Source: the human T2T-CHM13v2.0 reference genome, Homo sapiens
Direction: 5' to 3' (one strand)
DNA: 64,000 nucleotides
Assembly (NCBI RefSeq): GCF_009914755.1
Contig: NC_060932.1
In this document: positions 47,590 to 63,427 of the stretch, piece after piece
Layout of the letters: each line of letters opens with the position of its first letter
How positions within the stretch are numbered: position 1 is the first letter of the stretch
The notes under the pieces: model-generated
Told to the model about the DNA's origin: nothing
The model's database searches: none
Seen by the model: only the letters and a program-made list of their open reading frames with translations
Program-made: the position numbers and the translations under genes

Positions 47590-50369
47590 GAAACATCCAA
47601 GAGTGGAAAAGAAAGACTACTCTATTGAGTGTTCTATTATAAGACACAGATTATATGTACCAGAGAATCAGGAGAGAAAGATAGAACATTTTTTACAAAA
47701 TCTCTTACGAATAATTGTGTGTGCATGTATGCGAGTTTGTCTATGTGTGAATATGAACTCAGTTTTATACAAAGGAATTTTGCATAAACTGTAATTTTTG
47801 ACCTCACTCCTGTGACATCTTTTTATTATGGTTGAGGGATGTATACAGTAAAGAGTAAAGTCCAGAGAGGAAGTCACTTGTTCAAAATCACAAATCTAAT
47901 AAATTTTAAATCCAGAATAAATATCATAGATATTGCACTCCCAAACCAGTTCTCTAAAAAGTGTTTTCTACCACAATGCTCTAATAACTAGCAGGCTGGC
48001 TCTGAAGCATCTCCCTACAAGTTATCTGCTAGAAATTCCTTTGCATGGCTGTCTCCTAATAATCTGGTAGGGGAGAGTGTCAATGAAAAGACATATGGCC
48101 AATTGAGGGAGTTAGCTGATAACAACAGTTTGACTGATGATGGAAGCCTCCTGCAGCTCTTGTGCTTCTCTTGGGTTGCACTATAGGTGGAAGAAGACTG
48201 CTGTAATTGATGCCACATGCTTAATAAAGGCATAGCTTAGCTCAGAGTAGCACTAGGAGCTGTACTGAATCTGTTTAGAAAGGACCTCCTGTATGCCACC
48301 CTTGTTGGCTCCCTAGCTCAGCCTGGCTTGGAAGACATTGTAGACATCTATTATTCTGTTACTGTCAGCCTAGCTGCTGCCAAGTTGTACAATCTATCAC
48401 ATCCCAGATATTTTCTTGCTGTTCAAAGGAACATCAGATTTTAGAGCCAGAGATTACTTGTACAATTATCAAATTCTCTTAATTCACTGATAGGGAAACT
48501 GAGACCCAAACCTGTTTCCTGGACTCTGTAGCTCACACGTGACGTGTGTTGTTAATGAAAAAGCTATGTTGGTATTCATAAAGTATTTATGTTTGAAACA
48601 GTCGCAAGTGTAATTTTTAAAAACTGCCTTCTGTATATAATATTTCCTCTTAAAGAAAAAAGGCTCTGAAAGACAGTCAGAGGCTCTATTTCAATTCAAT
48701 TTAATATATTTAATTGAATATCTATCATGTGCCAAACAATTTTCCTTATCACTGGCGATTCATAGATAAAATATGCTGACCAGTAATGAGAACCCCATCA
48801 AGAACCAAGAACTGCCTGACCTTTAAGGGATGGCAGAGTTAGACAAATGCATGAATTTTACAAAACTCTGTGACACTACAGGTGAGAAAGAAAAACACAT
48901 TAATTTTGAAAACTTATACTTGATTATACATGACTTAACACAAAATCATACATAAGACACTGAACACTTTTCTAGTCCACCATGATACAATATATCTCGA
49001 CATCAAACCTAAATCACCTTAAAAACAGGGGGATATATTTTCTGAATAAAAAGTTTCAGTTCCATCTTTTATTTTAAATTTGGATCACTTATGCAGAAGG
49101 CATCTGATAAACACTTTATGTGCCAAAGATTGGTATAAGCAAATGACAGCACTTCAACAGAAACGTTACAATGAATGAACACAAAACGCTCTGTTTGTAT
49201 ATGGAGAAAAAAAAAAAGAATATTTCATTTACATTTTATTCTGCCAAATAGGCTGCATGTCTCTAAAAAACACAAACACATGACTAGAAGAAAGTGTTGG
49301 TTGGATGAACTTTCCATTTAAGACAAAGTATAAATATTTGCACTTAAGGAAAAAAATACACTGATCATTGAAAATCAGAAATGATGTAAATTGTATTTAT
49401 AATAAGAAAAGTAGTTTTGAATCTTTACTCAGGGTCATAAAGGCATTTTTGTAATAGGAATAGAAATTCTGATTTGGGCAGAAGAGTTTTATCAGGCTAT
49501 GATTCTGTTAATTTCTTCAGAATCCTTTCCAAAATGTAACAAATGATAACTGTTCATTTGGATAGGTCTAGGAATTTTTAACTTTCTAAACTTCTTTGTG
49601 AGCCATTTAAACAGCTTCTGACACATGGTAATTAAAGCTGAGCTCTCCTCAAAGACATAGTCCTCTATATTCTCTTGGAAATATAAGTGCTCATTAAGAT
49701 GTTGTGAATTGAGTATGAAAAACCCCATACGTATTAATATTACCTTCTTTTCACCCATTCTTGGGTATTCTTCATCTAATTAGTTGACTAAGGATATGGA
49801 TTTCAGATAATGTTTATTTGTTATTATTTCATGGAGACAATGCTTTATAGTGTTTTCCTCTTTTCAAAACATTTATTATTTTATTCCATGTAGCTTCATT
49901 AGATTTAACTTAGGAAAATTTTTATTTGTTTCACATATAAAAGTTCAAATTTTTATTATTTTTTTCTGTTAGACATTTTAATTCTATTTCTGAACCAAAC
50001 AACACACAATATTGTTCAGGATTCCCTAGGATCTTTGAAGAAACAGAACCATGTTTCATTTTTCTCAACCTGAGATATTTGAGACTAACCCTAAACCTAA
50101 TAAGAATCTTCACCAATGTCTATTTATTTTTTTAATAATCCCATGGTACCAAAAAATTTCCCCCTTTAAGATCCACATTTATGGGTAAATATAAGATTTT
50201 TTATGAATTTGGTATTATAATTCTGAGACTTTGGTTTAGGGGATTAAAATAATACTATTCGTTCTTTGCTATATTATTAATTAATACATACAAGTATGTT
50301 ATTTCAGCTATGTAAATTCCAAATAAAATTATGTTTTGACATTAACTTCAATCAGATATCATTTTGGTG

Positions 50370-51305
50370 TTTTTGTTTTAATTTTTATTTATTTACTTGT
50401 TTATCTATACTGCTCTAAGAACATTTAACAGGAGTCTACCCTCTAAACAACTTTTAAGTATATAGATTTTTAAGTATATTGTTAACTATAGGCACAATAT
50501 TATACAGTAGATCTCCAGAACTCATTCTTCTTGAAAAATCAATACTTCACACCAATCAAACAACAACTCTCAATTTTCCTCTTTCCCCATCTCTTGGCAA
50601 TCAACATTCTACTCTCCACTTCTGGGAGTTTGACTATTACAGATGCTTCATGTAAGTGGAATCAGGCAGTATTTGTTCTTCTATGACTGGTTTATTTACC
50701 TTAAAATAATATCATTAAGGTTCATTCACATTATCACACGTCAGAAATCCTTCTCTTTTAAGGCTGAATAATGTTTCATTGTATGTATTTACCACATTTT
50801 CCTTATGCACTCATACACTGACGGATATTTAGTTTGGTTCCATATCTTGGCTATAGCGAATAATGCTGTGATAAACATGGGAGTGCAAAAATCTTTTTCA
50901 GATCCTGATTTTAATTTTTTAATGAATATTCAGAAATCAGAGTGCTGGATCATAAGTAGCTCTATTTTTAGTGTTTTGATAAAAATCCATACTGTTTACC
51001 ACAGCAGCTGCACCATGTTACATTCCCCCACCAACAGTGTACAAGAGTCCCAATTTCTTCACATCCTTGCCAACTCTTATTTTCTTAACAATAGCCATCC
51101 TAACAGATGTGACATGATATTATTTGTGGCATTGATAAGTATTTCTCTGATAGTTAATGACGTTAAGCATCTTTTCATATACCCATTGGCTATTTGTGTG
51201 TCTTCTTTAGAGAAATATCTGTTCAAATCCTTTGTCCATTTTTTGACCAGAGTTTTTTCCTTTTGGGTTGTACAAATTCCTTCTATATTTTGGACATGAA
51301 CCCTG
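50370..51305 (-). mobile_element. Old L1 3' region (L1MA9/L1MB-like)
   Basis: tgtaagtggaatcaggcagtatttg..ccatatcttggctatagcgaataatgctg..gagaaatatctgttcaaatcctttgtcc. Confidence 0.75.
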
Positions 51306-54300
51306 AACCGGGTATGAATATGTTTTGGAGCAAGTGTCTAGGTCTAGGTGAAAATGAAATAAGTCAAAATCTGTTTAACATTTTTATTTATTTGCAAGCA
51401 TGTGGCTTTCTCTCTCAGACCTTGCAAATAATTTTATTCATTTGTAGACTCAATACATATACTTTCAGCAAACATTTATTAGGTATTTACAACATGCAAA
51501 CTCTTATTGACACTATGACATTCAAGGATGTATGGCATGAAGGTTGTAATCTAAACTGTATTTCTCCTCCACACATGCATAGCTTGTTTGATAATTCATA
51601 GGGTGATCAGTAACTAAAAGTAGAATCAATGCAATAGAATTAAGACAATTAGCAAGTATGCACATCCCTATATACTTTTGTCAATAAGTTAGTTATAAAT
51701 GTTATGAGGCAGTTTATGTGTCACAAAATTACAATGCACACATACATTATTAGATATAATACTTTTGCTCACCTAAAAGAGCATTCCTTCTCTCTTTTAA
51801 ATCAGACCATTGAAATAATTTAAGGGAATTCTTGAAGGTCACACAAATAGTAAATTGTACAACCAGCTCTAAAGTCCAGATCCCTGAATTCCAAAAGGAG
51901 AGCTTTGCTGTGTGTCATGCAATGTTTCAGATTCACACCACAAAATTAGTGTGTGTGCACAGACTCTGTGAGCATCCACAAGATGGAAATGATTCTGGAA
52001 AGCTATGCTGAGCATTTATGCAGTTAGAACTTCTCTCATGGCCTGAGGAGTTAGGGAAGCTTCCAGAGGTTTCTCACTTCGAAATGAGAAAGAGCGTAAA
52101 TAGCAGGAATGTTAGGTTTATATATGGCCAGTGCTGGAGCACACATATTCGAAGTGAATGAATCATGGAGTATTCAGTTGAACAGAAAGGGAAAAGGAAA
52201 AGTTCACTGAGGCATTTATTTCTTTTGAGTTCTTACTTTGTTTTACTTCCACCATGAAATATAATTCTTCTTTCGTATTTACTATGAACTTCCGATATGG
52301 CTAAATCTATTGCATTTGTTTCCTTTGTCATAATAACAATTTCCTTCTCTTTGTTTGTAATTCTCTTTGTTTATTTTCTCTTCATACAGTTTCTTCATGT
52401 ATTTGCATCAATCCAAAAGCATTGAAGAGAAAAAGGAAAGTGATTATTGAATGGGAAGGGCTAGGCCACCAATCATGACTACAGCTTTTGTCTTTGCTAT
52501 GTTGAAAACCAGTCAAGGCATTGGACTATATTTAAATTATTGAGTTGGTTTTGCTTTTGCAGGATAGTACTCAGGTACATAAATTAAAGCAGAAATATGG
52601 CTGTCCCTCATAGAAATTATATATTTTGTTTATTTTAAGGGATTATAATGCTGGATGGCTATTTATATTTGATGACATTTGACCTAAATGTATTTGTGGA
52701 GTAAACATAATTAATAGGAAATGTATTAGCAATAAATTGATTGCAGTATATGATTTTATTCTGGCTCGTACATACATTTAGCTAACCTTCTTCTAGTCAA
52801 CATATAGTCTATTGTCTTCTGCAAATAAGGAAAAATAACTACTCCATATAGGTAGATCTTGTAAAGTCCTAGCAGGGGCCTTTTCAAAAACCACTGAGAT
52901 TTATAGGAAGTACATCACCCAAGGGAAGATAAGGCCTAGATATATAAGACTTAGTAGCTTGAATTTGAAGTAAAATCATTCAACGTTTTATTGTAGAATT
53001 TCTTTCTCGCCCAAGTTGTATAGACTTGCCGTGAACAAGAAAGGGAAGGGTGCAAACAAAAATAATAATAAAGAACAAGTGTTTAGGGGAATTCTTGAGG
53101 GTCACACAAATAGTAAATGGTACAACCAGGTCTAAATTCCAGATTCCTGAATTCCAAAAGGAGAGCTTCATTGTGTGTCATGCAATGTTTCTGATTCATA
53201 CCATAAAATCAGTGTAAATATTTGGAACCTTTAAAAGTTAATATAAAAATATACATTATGATGAAAATTAAGACTGATAAAAATGAGCCAAGGATATGAG
53301 CAGAAAACTAAATGAAAGAAAATGCAAATGTAAATAAATAATAGAATTTGAAACAATGAATTATTTTTAGCTATAATACTGGGAAAGCTTTTAGAAATTG
53401 ATGTTTAAGTAAATTATCATACACTTACTTATTTGTAGCTTTTTACATGGTGCTGATTTTGTGCTGGACTCAGAAAAGAATATTGTACAGCCAGTGACAA
53501 TGTGATTTTAAAGAATTCTAGAGATATGAAGAAATACAGAAGAACTGTTAATAAAAATGACAATATGCAGCATATATTTAATTTTTTATTTGTAATTATC
53601 TGTATAAAATGTTTCACATACATTTTATTAAATCCACAAAATTGTGGCTTAGATTTATTAAGCAACTTGCTCAAAGTTGCATAGACAGAAAGTGATAAAG
53701 CAGGAATGTTAACTCAGATCTGCCTAACTTTGTAGTACGTATTTTTAACAAAGACAATATATTCCTTCTGCATTAAAGACATAGATAATCATAATGTGAA
53801 AGTGTATTCTTAGACTAAGAGAACACATACATATGCACACACACATACGCATATACACACACACACTTCCATATGTCTAAATCTTTAATATGGGCAATTT
53901 TTACTTTGAACATTCTGCTTTTATGCAATAAATATGCACTGATTTTATAATCGTGATTTAAAAAAAACAAATGTGAGAAACTGATTGATTTTATGAGTCA
54001 CAAAATAAAAAATTTTGCAAACTGGGCAGGATGTCTCTATTTTCCCTGTCTTTCTCCTGAAGGTCACACTGAATTTGGACACTGGAGAAGAGAAAGGAGA
54101 AGGCCATTCTGGCTACCCTAGGACTCAGAGACGGTATGTGCCCAAGCACCACACCACCTGGCCTCACTGGGATACAGGAATGAAAAGCAGACAGTGCAAC
54201 AGACCATTTGAAGGCCCGCATAGGGCTTTGCATCTTTGGAGCCCAGAACTTGGCAAGCCCATTGTAAATGTTAAGGATGCAATGAGCCGCATTCTCTTTT

Positions 54301-54437
54301 TGCTTCTTAGTTATATTCTACTTTATGCTCTCCCTTAGATAGTCAAGGGTGGTTTGGGCTGTGCTAAAATTCCTGAAATGCTCTTGTCAGAGGTAGATAG
54401 AATAGGTGAGGAGGCAGGGGTGTAAGCTGTGATTTCT

Positions 54438-54954
54438 TTTTTTTTTTTTTTTTGTATTCTTAGTCATATGTATTTATTTATTTATTTACTTATTTTATTA
54501 TACTTTAAGTTTTAGGGTACATGTGCACAATGCTCAGGTTTGTTACATATGTATACATGTGCCATGTTGGTGTGCTGCACCCATTAACTCGTCATTTAAC
54601 ATTAGGTATGTCTCCTAATGCTATCCCTCCCCGCTCCCCCCACTCCACAACAGGCCCCAGTATGTGAGGTTCCCCTTCCTGTGTCCATGTGTTCTCATTG
54701 TTCAATTCCCACCTATGAGTGAGAACATGCGGTGTTTGGTTTTTTGTCCTTGTGATAGTTTACTGAGAATGATGGTTTCCAGCTTCATCCATGTCCCTAC
54801 AAAGGACATGAACTCATCATTTTTTGTGGCTGCATAGTATTCCATGGTGTATATATGCCACATTTTATTAATCCAGTCTATCATTGTTGGACATTTGGGT
54901 TGGTTCCAAGTCTTTGCTATTGTGAATAGTGCCACAATAAACATACGTGTGCAT
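54438..54954 (-). mobile_element. 5'-truncated L1PA4-like 3' end with double tail
   Basis: Minus strand aatgttaaatgacgagttaatgggtgcagcacaccaacatgg; TSD gtgatttct at 54429-54437 and 54967-54975. Confidence 0.9.
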
Positions 54955-55415
54955 ATGATATCTTAAGTGATTTCTATCTCAGTACTAGTGCTAGTACCTT
55001 CCAGAGGCATCGATTGATTCATCATGAATGCTCTATGATACAGACTTTATTAATCACATTCTACAGCCTAGAAAAGCTAGGCTCCATAGGTTAGTTTATG
55101 GCCTGAGATGACACGGCTAGTGCCATGACCAGGCATTTCCATTATGTTTTTCATAAAATCCCTTTATTCTCCCCTGAATCACTGCTTTTTCACCTCCCCC
55201 CATTTTGCCAGAGAAATAGTACTCTCTAACTTTAATACTAGTTCTTATGTGTCCTGATGATAACTGGATAAATAAAGACTGTACACAAAACTGATGGTCC
55301 AATAGTTATTAACATAATGCCTCAGTATAATACAAATCATAAACTCCACTACTCCAAAAGTTACTTTTTTATGTTTAAATAATTCTCCACAATACTTGAG
55401 ATGTAGACTGTTGCT

Positions 55416-57343
<1,928 letters not shown>

Positions 57344-58803
57344 TGAATGCATGGTCTGAGAGCTAGTAACGTAGCCATAGTAATCAATAAAAACTTACTG
57401 ATTATTTTAACTAATGCAGTTCAACTTATGCAGATCATTGACATGAATATGTGACATTGTGACATTGGCTGATAAAAATAATAGCTGACAATTATAACAT
57501 TTATTGACTGCTCACCACAGGCTGGATTCCCTGGTAACTACTTTACATGCTTCATATCATGCAACATATGAAGCATGATTACACTGGACTTCAACCTATG
57601 AAGCAAATTACACTGAACTTTAAGTGGAAAAGTAGGCACCTCAAGTGTGCCTTTTTTTAAACAATGTCTGGATGGGTCAAGGCTTTCATTGCTGATGACA
57701 ACAATTTTATGAAAACGTCCTATTATCCCTATGTTAGAGATGAATAAGATGAGTCTTTAAAACATTGCATCAATTCTAAGTACCACGGTTGAGTTTTAGA
57801 CTTACAACTGTTCCAGCCTCAAAAACTAATTTTTAGCTAGTACATTCGGTTGCTTCTTTTTGAGGCTTTTACAAACTGGCAGTGGAAAAAGAGTAATATG
57901 CCTAAAGCTGTATTTCACTGGAGGTTATCTGAGGTGCAAGAGAGGCTACCTCAGACGAACAAGTCTTATGTTAAAAGAAATACAGGAGAGTCTCTGTAAG
58001 GTGTGCTTATTAACACATCGTCTAAATGATCTCTTCTTTAGATGTACATAGAGTGTTTCATTAATGGATCTGAGAGAAGCAGTAAGAAATTAAAGGAGAA
58101 AATCAAAGAAATGTCTGGGATCCCAGGAGTTTACAATTTCTATCCAGAGTGCAGCTCAAATTTCTCCAAAAATAGGCAAATGAAGAAGGTTGATACTTAA
58201 CACTCTTTAGGGAAGCATTTTGCTGTCTAGGATATTTTATATACTTTGGGTAAGTGAATGTGAAAAGCAGATTACACTGGACCTTAAATGGAAAGGCAGG
58301 CAACCAGAGAGTGCCTTTGTTTAACAATGCCTGAATAGGTCAAGGCTTTCATAGCTGATGAAAATTTTAGCATATTAATCCATTTAGGAAGCTGGATTCC
58401 TCATCTTGTGCTTGATTGCTAATCACAGACATTACATTATGGGCAAGCTGAGGTAGGCAAGCTCCTGGCATATTGGGATCAAAACACACTTTTAGAACTA
58501 AAGCGTGGTACTCCTCAAAGTTGCCATCTTATGTTGAAAAAGTGCCAGAGCTCTTGGCTTTAATCCTGCGCTGTCAGCTGCAGCCCCAAACATAGCTGAT
58601 CATACGGGTCTCCTGATCAAAAAACTTTCAGTGGCTCAGCACAGCCTACAGAGTAAAATAGTTGTCCCAAAATCTCAGGGACTTAGACATCCAACAGAAA
58701 TTTCTGTTCATTCTGCCTCTAAAACACTCTAGACTCTAACCACGTCTTATCGTAACCTAAGGTGCCATTCAAGTACTCAAAACCCCACATACCACTGTAC
58801 CAT

Positions 58804-58840
<37 letters not shown>
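58804..58840. repeat. (CT)n microsatellite
   Basis: Direct reading. Confidence 0.9.
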
Positions 58841-59266
58841 TTATCCTCTCCCCTCATTCACATACCATAGAGACAGAGATGAGGGTGAGAGACACATACT
58901 TTTTTCTCTCTCTGTTTTTATTATGGAACATATTAAACAGATACCAAATTAGACACAATAAAAAACTTGATGTATCCATCACTCAACTTTAACAATGAAT
59001 ATTTTATGGGCAACATTATTTATTTATATCCACACTCACCCCCTTCCTCATACTTTCATTTGGATTAAACCCAGATATTATATTGTCCCACCTAGAAAAG
59101 AATATCAGTATATTTCTCTAAAAGATAAGGACTCTTAAAAAGCATAATTACAAAGGCATTTTGACATCTAAAAACCCACCATTTTAATATTGCCATACAT
59201 TGAGGCAGTGCTCGCATTTTTATAAATGGCACATGCATGCACATGGATATATATGTAAGTGTACAT

Positions 59267-59628
59267 TGCAATGGTTGGAATGTTTGTGTCCCTCTGAAAT
59301 TCATTTTTTTAAAATGTAATCCCCAATCTGTTGGTATTAAGAGGTGGAGCCCTTGGGAGGTGACTAGGTCATGAGGGTTTCCCTTGAGAATGAGATTAGT
59401 GACTTTATAAAAGAGGCTGGCGGGAACTTGTCTGGCCCTGACCATGTGAGGACACAGCAAGCAGGCACTGTCTCTGAAGCAGAGAGTGAGCCCTTACCAG
59501 AAACCAGATCTGCTGGCACCTCCACTTTGGACTTCCCAGCCTCTAGAACCATGAGCAATAAATTTCTGTTGTTTATAAATTTTCCAGTCTACAATATTTT
59601 GTTACAGCAGTCCCAAACTGACTAAGCC
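59267..59628 (+). mobile_element. MaLR solo LTR (MSTD/MLT1A-like)
   Basis: tgcaatggttggaatgtttgtgtccctc..ggacttcccagcctctagaaccatgagcaataaatttctgttg..actgactaag. Confidence 0.85.
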
Positions 59629-59647
59629 GTATGTATATTTTTATGTA

Positions 59648-60088
59648 TAGTTGACTCTTAAACAACATGGGTTTGAACTACCTGCATAGATCCACTCATA
59701 TATGGATTTTCTTCTGCCTCTGCTGTCACTGAGACATCAAGACCAACCTCGTCTCTTTCTCCTCTTCCTCAGCCTATGTAATTTGAAGACAGCGAAACTA
59801 AAGACCTTTATGATAATCTAATTACATGTAATAAACAGTAAATATATTTTATCTTCTTTATGATTTTCTTAATAACACTTTCTTTTCTTTAGCTTACTTT
59901 ATTGTAAGAATATCATATAAAATATATATAACATACAAAATATGTGTTAACTGATTATTCATTGGTCAGATTTCCTGTCAACAGTAGGCTATTAGTAGTT
60001 AAGTTTTTGGGAGTCAAAAGTTATACACGAATTTTCAAATGTGTGAAGATATAGTACCCTAACCCCCAAGTTGTCCAAGGGCCGACTG
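59648..60088 (+). mobile_element. Tigger2a (MER28)-like non-autonomous DNA transposon
   Basis: TIRs tagttgactcttaaacaacatggg / ccccaagttgtccaagggccgactg with TA TSDs; ~440 bp. Confidence 0.85.
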
Positions 60089-60090
60089 TA

Positions 60091-60245
60091 TGGATAGAAG
60101 GATGGATAGATGATAGATAGATAGATAGATGGATATAGCTATATCTATAAATATAGAGAAAAATATAAATATAGAAATATAAATATAGACATATATAAAT
60201 ATACATATGAATAAATATAAATGTAGATGTGCATGTAATATATAG
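60091..60245. repeat. (GATA)n / AT-rich simple repeat
   Basis: Direct reading. Confidence 0.85.
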
Positions 60246-60379
60246 TGTGTTTATTAAATTTGTATCCAAACAGGAATTGGTTGATTTGTCCCTTAAGTAA
60301 CTTTAATTCATAGGGTTACCCTGCATCTCCTTAGTGGTTGTTACTATGTCTTGACCTGGAGAAACAATTTCTGTCACAG

Positions 60380-60945
60380 CCTCCTTTCCCACTACACTCT
60401 TCTCCATTCATCAACCTGAACTTCAGAGTATAAATTTTATCACCTCTGCTGAGCCCTTCTAAAACTTTCCATTACACTCAGAATAATGTCGAAGTCCCCT
60501 AATGTGACCATAAGAATCATAGAGAATCATGTCCTCTCATCTCTGGGAGCTCATCTCCTCTGGGCTCCCCTTGTTCGCTTGGCTCCAGCCACATTAGTGC
60601 TTTTTCTCTGACTCTAGATCATGCCAAGTTCTCAGGATCACTAATCCCTCTGCAGAAGGGATCTGCCCTAGATGTTGCTGTGACTGCCCTTTTCTTATTG
60701 CTTATGTTACCACTCAAATGTTACTTCTCAGAAAGGATCACTCTCTGAAAGTAGTGCCCACATCACAAACAACGTGTGCTCCCTTTACTTTGTGTATATA
60801 TATATATATATATATCTTATTCTTACTCCACCTGGATGAAGCCCCTTAAAGCCAATGACTGGGTCTCCTTTATCAGTTTCTATATCCTGGAGCCCAGGAC
60901 TGAGCCTGGCATGCAGCATTGCCTCAGTAAATCTTCGTTAATTAG
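60380..60945 (+). mobile_element. L2 3' fragment with internal (TA)n at ~60795-60815
   Basis: ctaaaactttccattacactcagaataatgtcgaagtccc..gagcccaggactgagcctggcatgcagcattgcctcagtaaat. Confidence 0.6.
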
Positions 60946-61840
60946 ACTCCCTTGAATAATGAACAACATTTGAGTTTTCTATTAAGCATTCCTTTCTCTT
61001 CATCAACCCCAACAGTTTCATAATTACATTCTGCTCTCTTATGCTTAGGCACTTTTCAGGGTGATTTAGGTGGTCCTCATCACTGCACCATCACTCCTAA
61101 ATGTGGTGTGATGATTCAAGTCAGGCTGCAATACAGTCAGGGAATGTGCATCAAGCCATGATATTTAGACCTGCTGCATTCTGTTGGCATTGCTAGGCCA
61201 CAAGGATCTCATCCAGAGATAGAAATCTGCCATTTAATTCACAATGTGAAGCTATATGAGCTGCTTGATATGTTTTATCTCATTGGATTTTCGTTATCCC
61301 ATTTTTTGCAGTTTGAGGAGACTTAAGACTCAAGGAGCTTAACATGCATTACACAGTGGAGGAGCTGTGATTTAAACTGGCATAAATTTGACAATAAAAC
61401 CAGGCCTCTTCACTCAAGAAAGTGAGAGGCTAGTCATTGACCCATAGAAGACTGGTCAGCATCCTTCACAACAGCTGAATGTCATTTCATGAGGGCAGAA
61501 AAGTCCTTATAATTAATTGAGCCTAGAATGAAACTCCATGTCTCTATAAACACCATCTATGTTTGGTAGAGTTTTAACATATTTTTGCTTTGTCTAGAAA
61601 TGTTCAAAATTTCCAAGAATCAAAGCACCAACAGCAAATGATGCTTATGGAATTTGTTAAGCCAATACCACTTAGGTAAACTATTTGCTTTACTGAGTAT
61701 ATTGTGCAAAAATATAGCAGAGGAGATTCCTCCTTCTGTTACAGGCTTGGAACTTAAATTAGCTGAGACTCATGAGACATATGGATTGCAATGAATTTTA
61801 TTCATGAAGATTACTTATACATAATATACATATTATTGGC

Positions 61841-62118
61841 TGAGACAGGGTCTCACTCTGTCACCCAGGCTGGAGTGCAGTGGTACACTGCAGCTTACCG
61901 CAGCTTCGAGCCAGGATCAGTTGATCCTCCCACCTCAGCCTCCTGAGAGTTGGGACTACAGGCACATGCCACTATGCCCAGTTAATTATTATATTTTTTG
62001 TAGAGATGTGGTTTTGCCATGTTGCCAAGGCTAGTCTCAAATCTGTGGACTCAAGCGATCCTCCTGCCTCAGCCTCTGAAAGTGCTGGTATTACAGGAAT
62101 AAGCCACTGTGCCTAGCC
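61841..62118 (-). mobile_element. AluJ
   Basis: tgagacagggtctcactctgtcacc..ctcaagcgatcctcctgcctcagcc (J diagnostics). Confidence 0.88.
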
Positions 62119-62379
62119 TATATTTCAAATATCTGTGGCATATTGGTAAGGAATCTCTGTTGTGAAAAATGTATATTGAAATGAATTACTAACTTTGGGT
62201 TTGCCTCTTTATTTTCCATCAATCTTCTCTTGTTACTGTAGACCCCAGAGGTCTACCCCAAAACTCTTTAGCTTCTTACATTACTGCTTCTTTTTGTAGT
62301 TCATCCTCTATTTCTTATTGCTTCACTAAACAATCCTCTACTTATTAATGCTTCACATGGTCTCCAAGATGTTTTAAAG

Positions 62380-62840
62380 TATTCAGTTCTGAATGCCTTT
62401 ACGTGTGGTGGAGTTTCAATATAGACAACATATTTATCTCTTATATTTCACAAAAATAAGGAGGTGGGGTATTTTTCTGGCCCAAAAAGAAGTCCAGATA
62501 CAGGCAATTTAGGACTGATGCAGATGTTTGGTACTACCATCAAGAACCGATGCTCTTTCAATATTTCTTCTCTTCTATCATTGGCATGTTGGCTTAATCT
62601 TCATGCTTCTCACTTCTTGCTTACAGAATGGCTAATGCTTAATGCCTCAGGTCCCTACTGAGACAGGAGCAAGAGATCAAGAAGAAAGGAATATAAGAAT
62701 TCCATTTATGTTTATTTGACCTCATGGAGAGGGGATTGGATAAATGGAATTTTCACTCTTTACAGACTTTAAAGAAGAATCAGAAAATGGAGACTGGGAT
62801 TGGAAGCAGAGATCCGATGGCCAAATTACAGTCTGCCACT
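62380..62840 (-). mobile_element. Ancient MLT1 (J/K-like) LTR
   Basis: aagaagtccagatacaggc..ccatcaagaaccgatgctctttc..acagtctgccac. Confidence 0.45.
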
Positions 62841-63102
62841 GAAGCTAACACACCTATGGGTAAGAAAAGATCTCACTAAGAGGCAGAATTTCAGTTAGGC
62901 CTTCATGGAGTGTTTTCACAGTTAGAAGGGAAAGGGACTTTTCAGGCAGAAATAGCAACAAGTGCAAAGGAACAGAGACAACAATGAAGTCACATATATA
63001 ACCAATTACATATATACAATATAATACATTGTGTCTGGCAGGGTCACAAAGATTCAGACCGTATCAGTACTTATCTTTATCATATGAGATACAGATAAAT
63101 AC

Positions 63103-63427
63103 TGCTATGATCTGAATGTTTGTGTCCCTCCCAAATACATATGCTGAAACCCTGCCCCCTAAGGTGATGGTATTAGGATTGTGTGGCCTCTGATTAGTGC
63201 TTTTCTATAAAAGTTTCAGAGTATTCTTTAGTCTCTTCCACCATGTGAGGGCACAGTGAAAGGAAGGACTTCTATGGAGCAGAATGTGGGCCCTTACCAA
63301 CACTGAGTCTTCCATTGCCTTGACCTTTAACTTCCCGGCCTTCACAACAGTGAGAAATAAATTTCTGTAGTTTATAAGCCAATCAGTCTATGGTGTTTTT
63401 TTACAGCAACCCGAATGGACAAAGACA
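63103..63427 (+). mobile_element. MLT1A0-like solo LTR
   Basis: tgctatgatctgaatgtttgtgtccc..gtgagaaataaatttctgtagtttataagcc..gaatggacaaagaca. Confidence 0.85.

Noticed and set aside
50805-51601. 164-aa and 135-aa ORFs
   Set aside because: Antisense reading of old L1 sequence and AT-rich flank; no domain signature.
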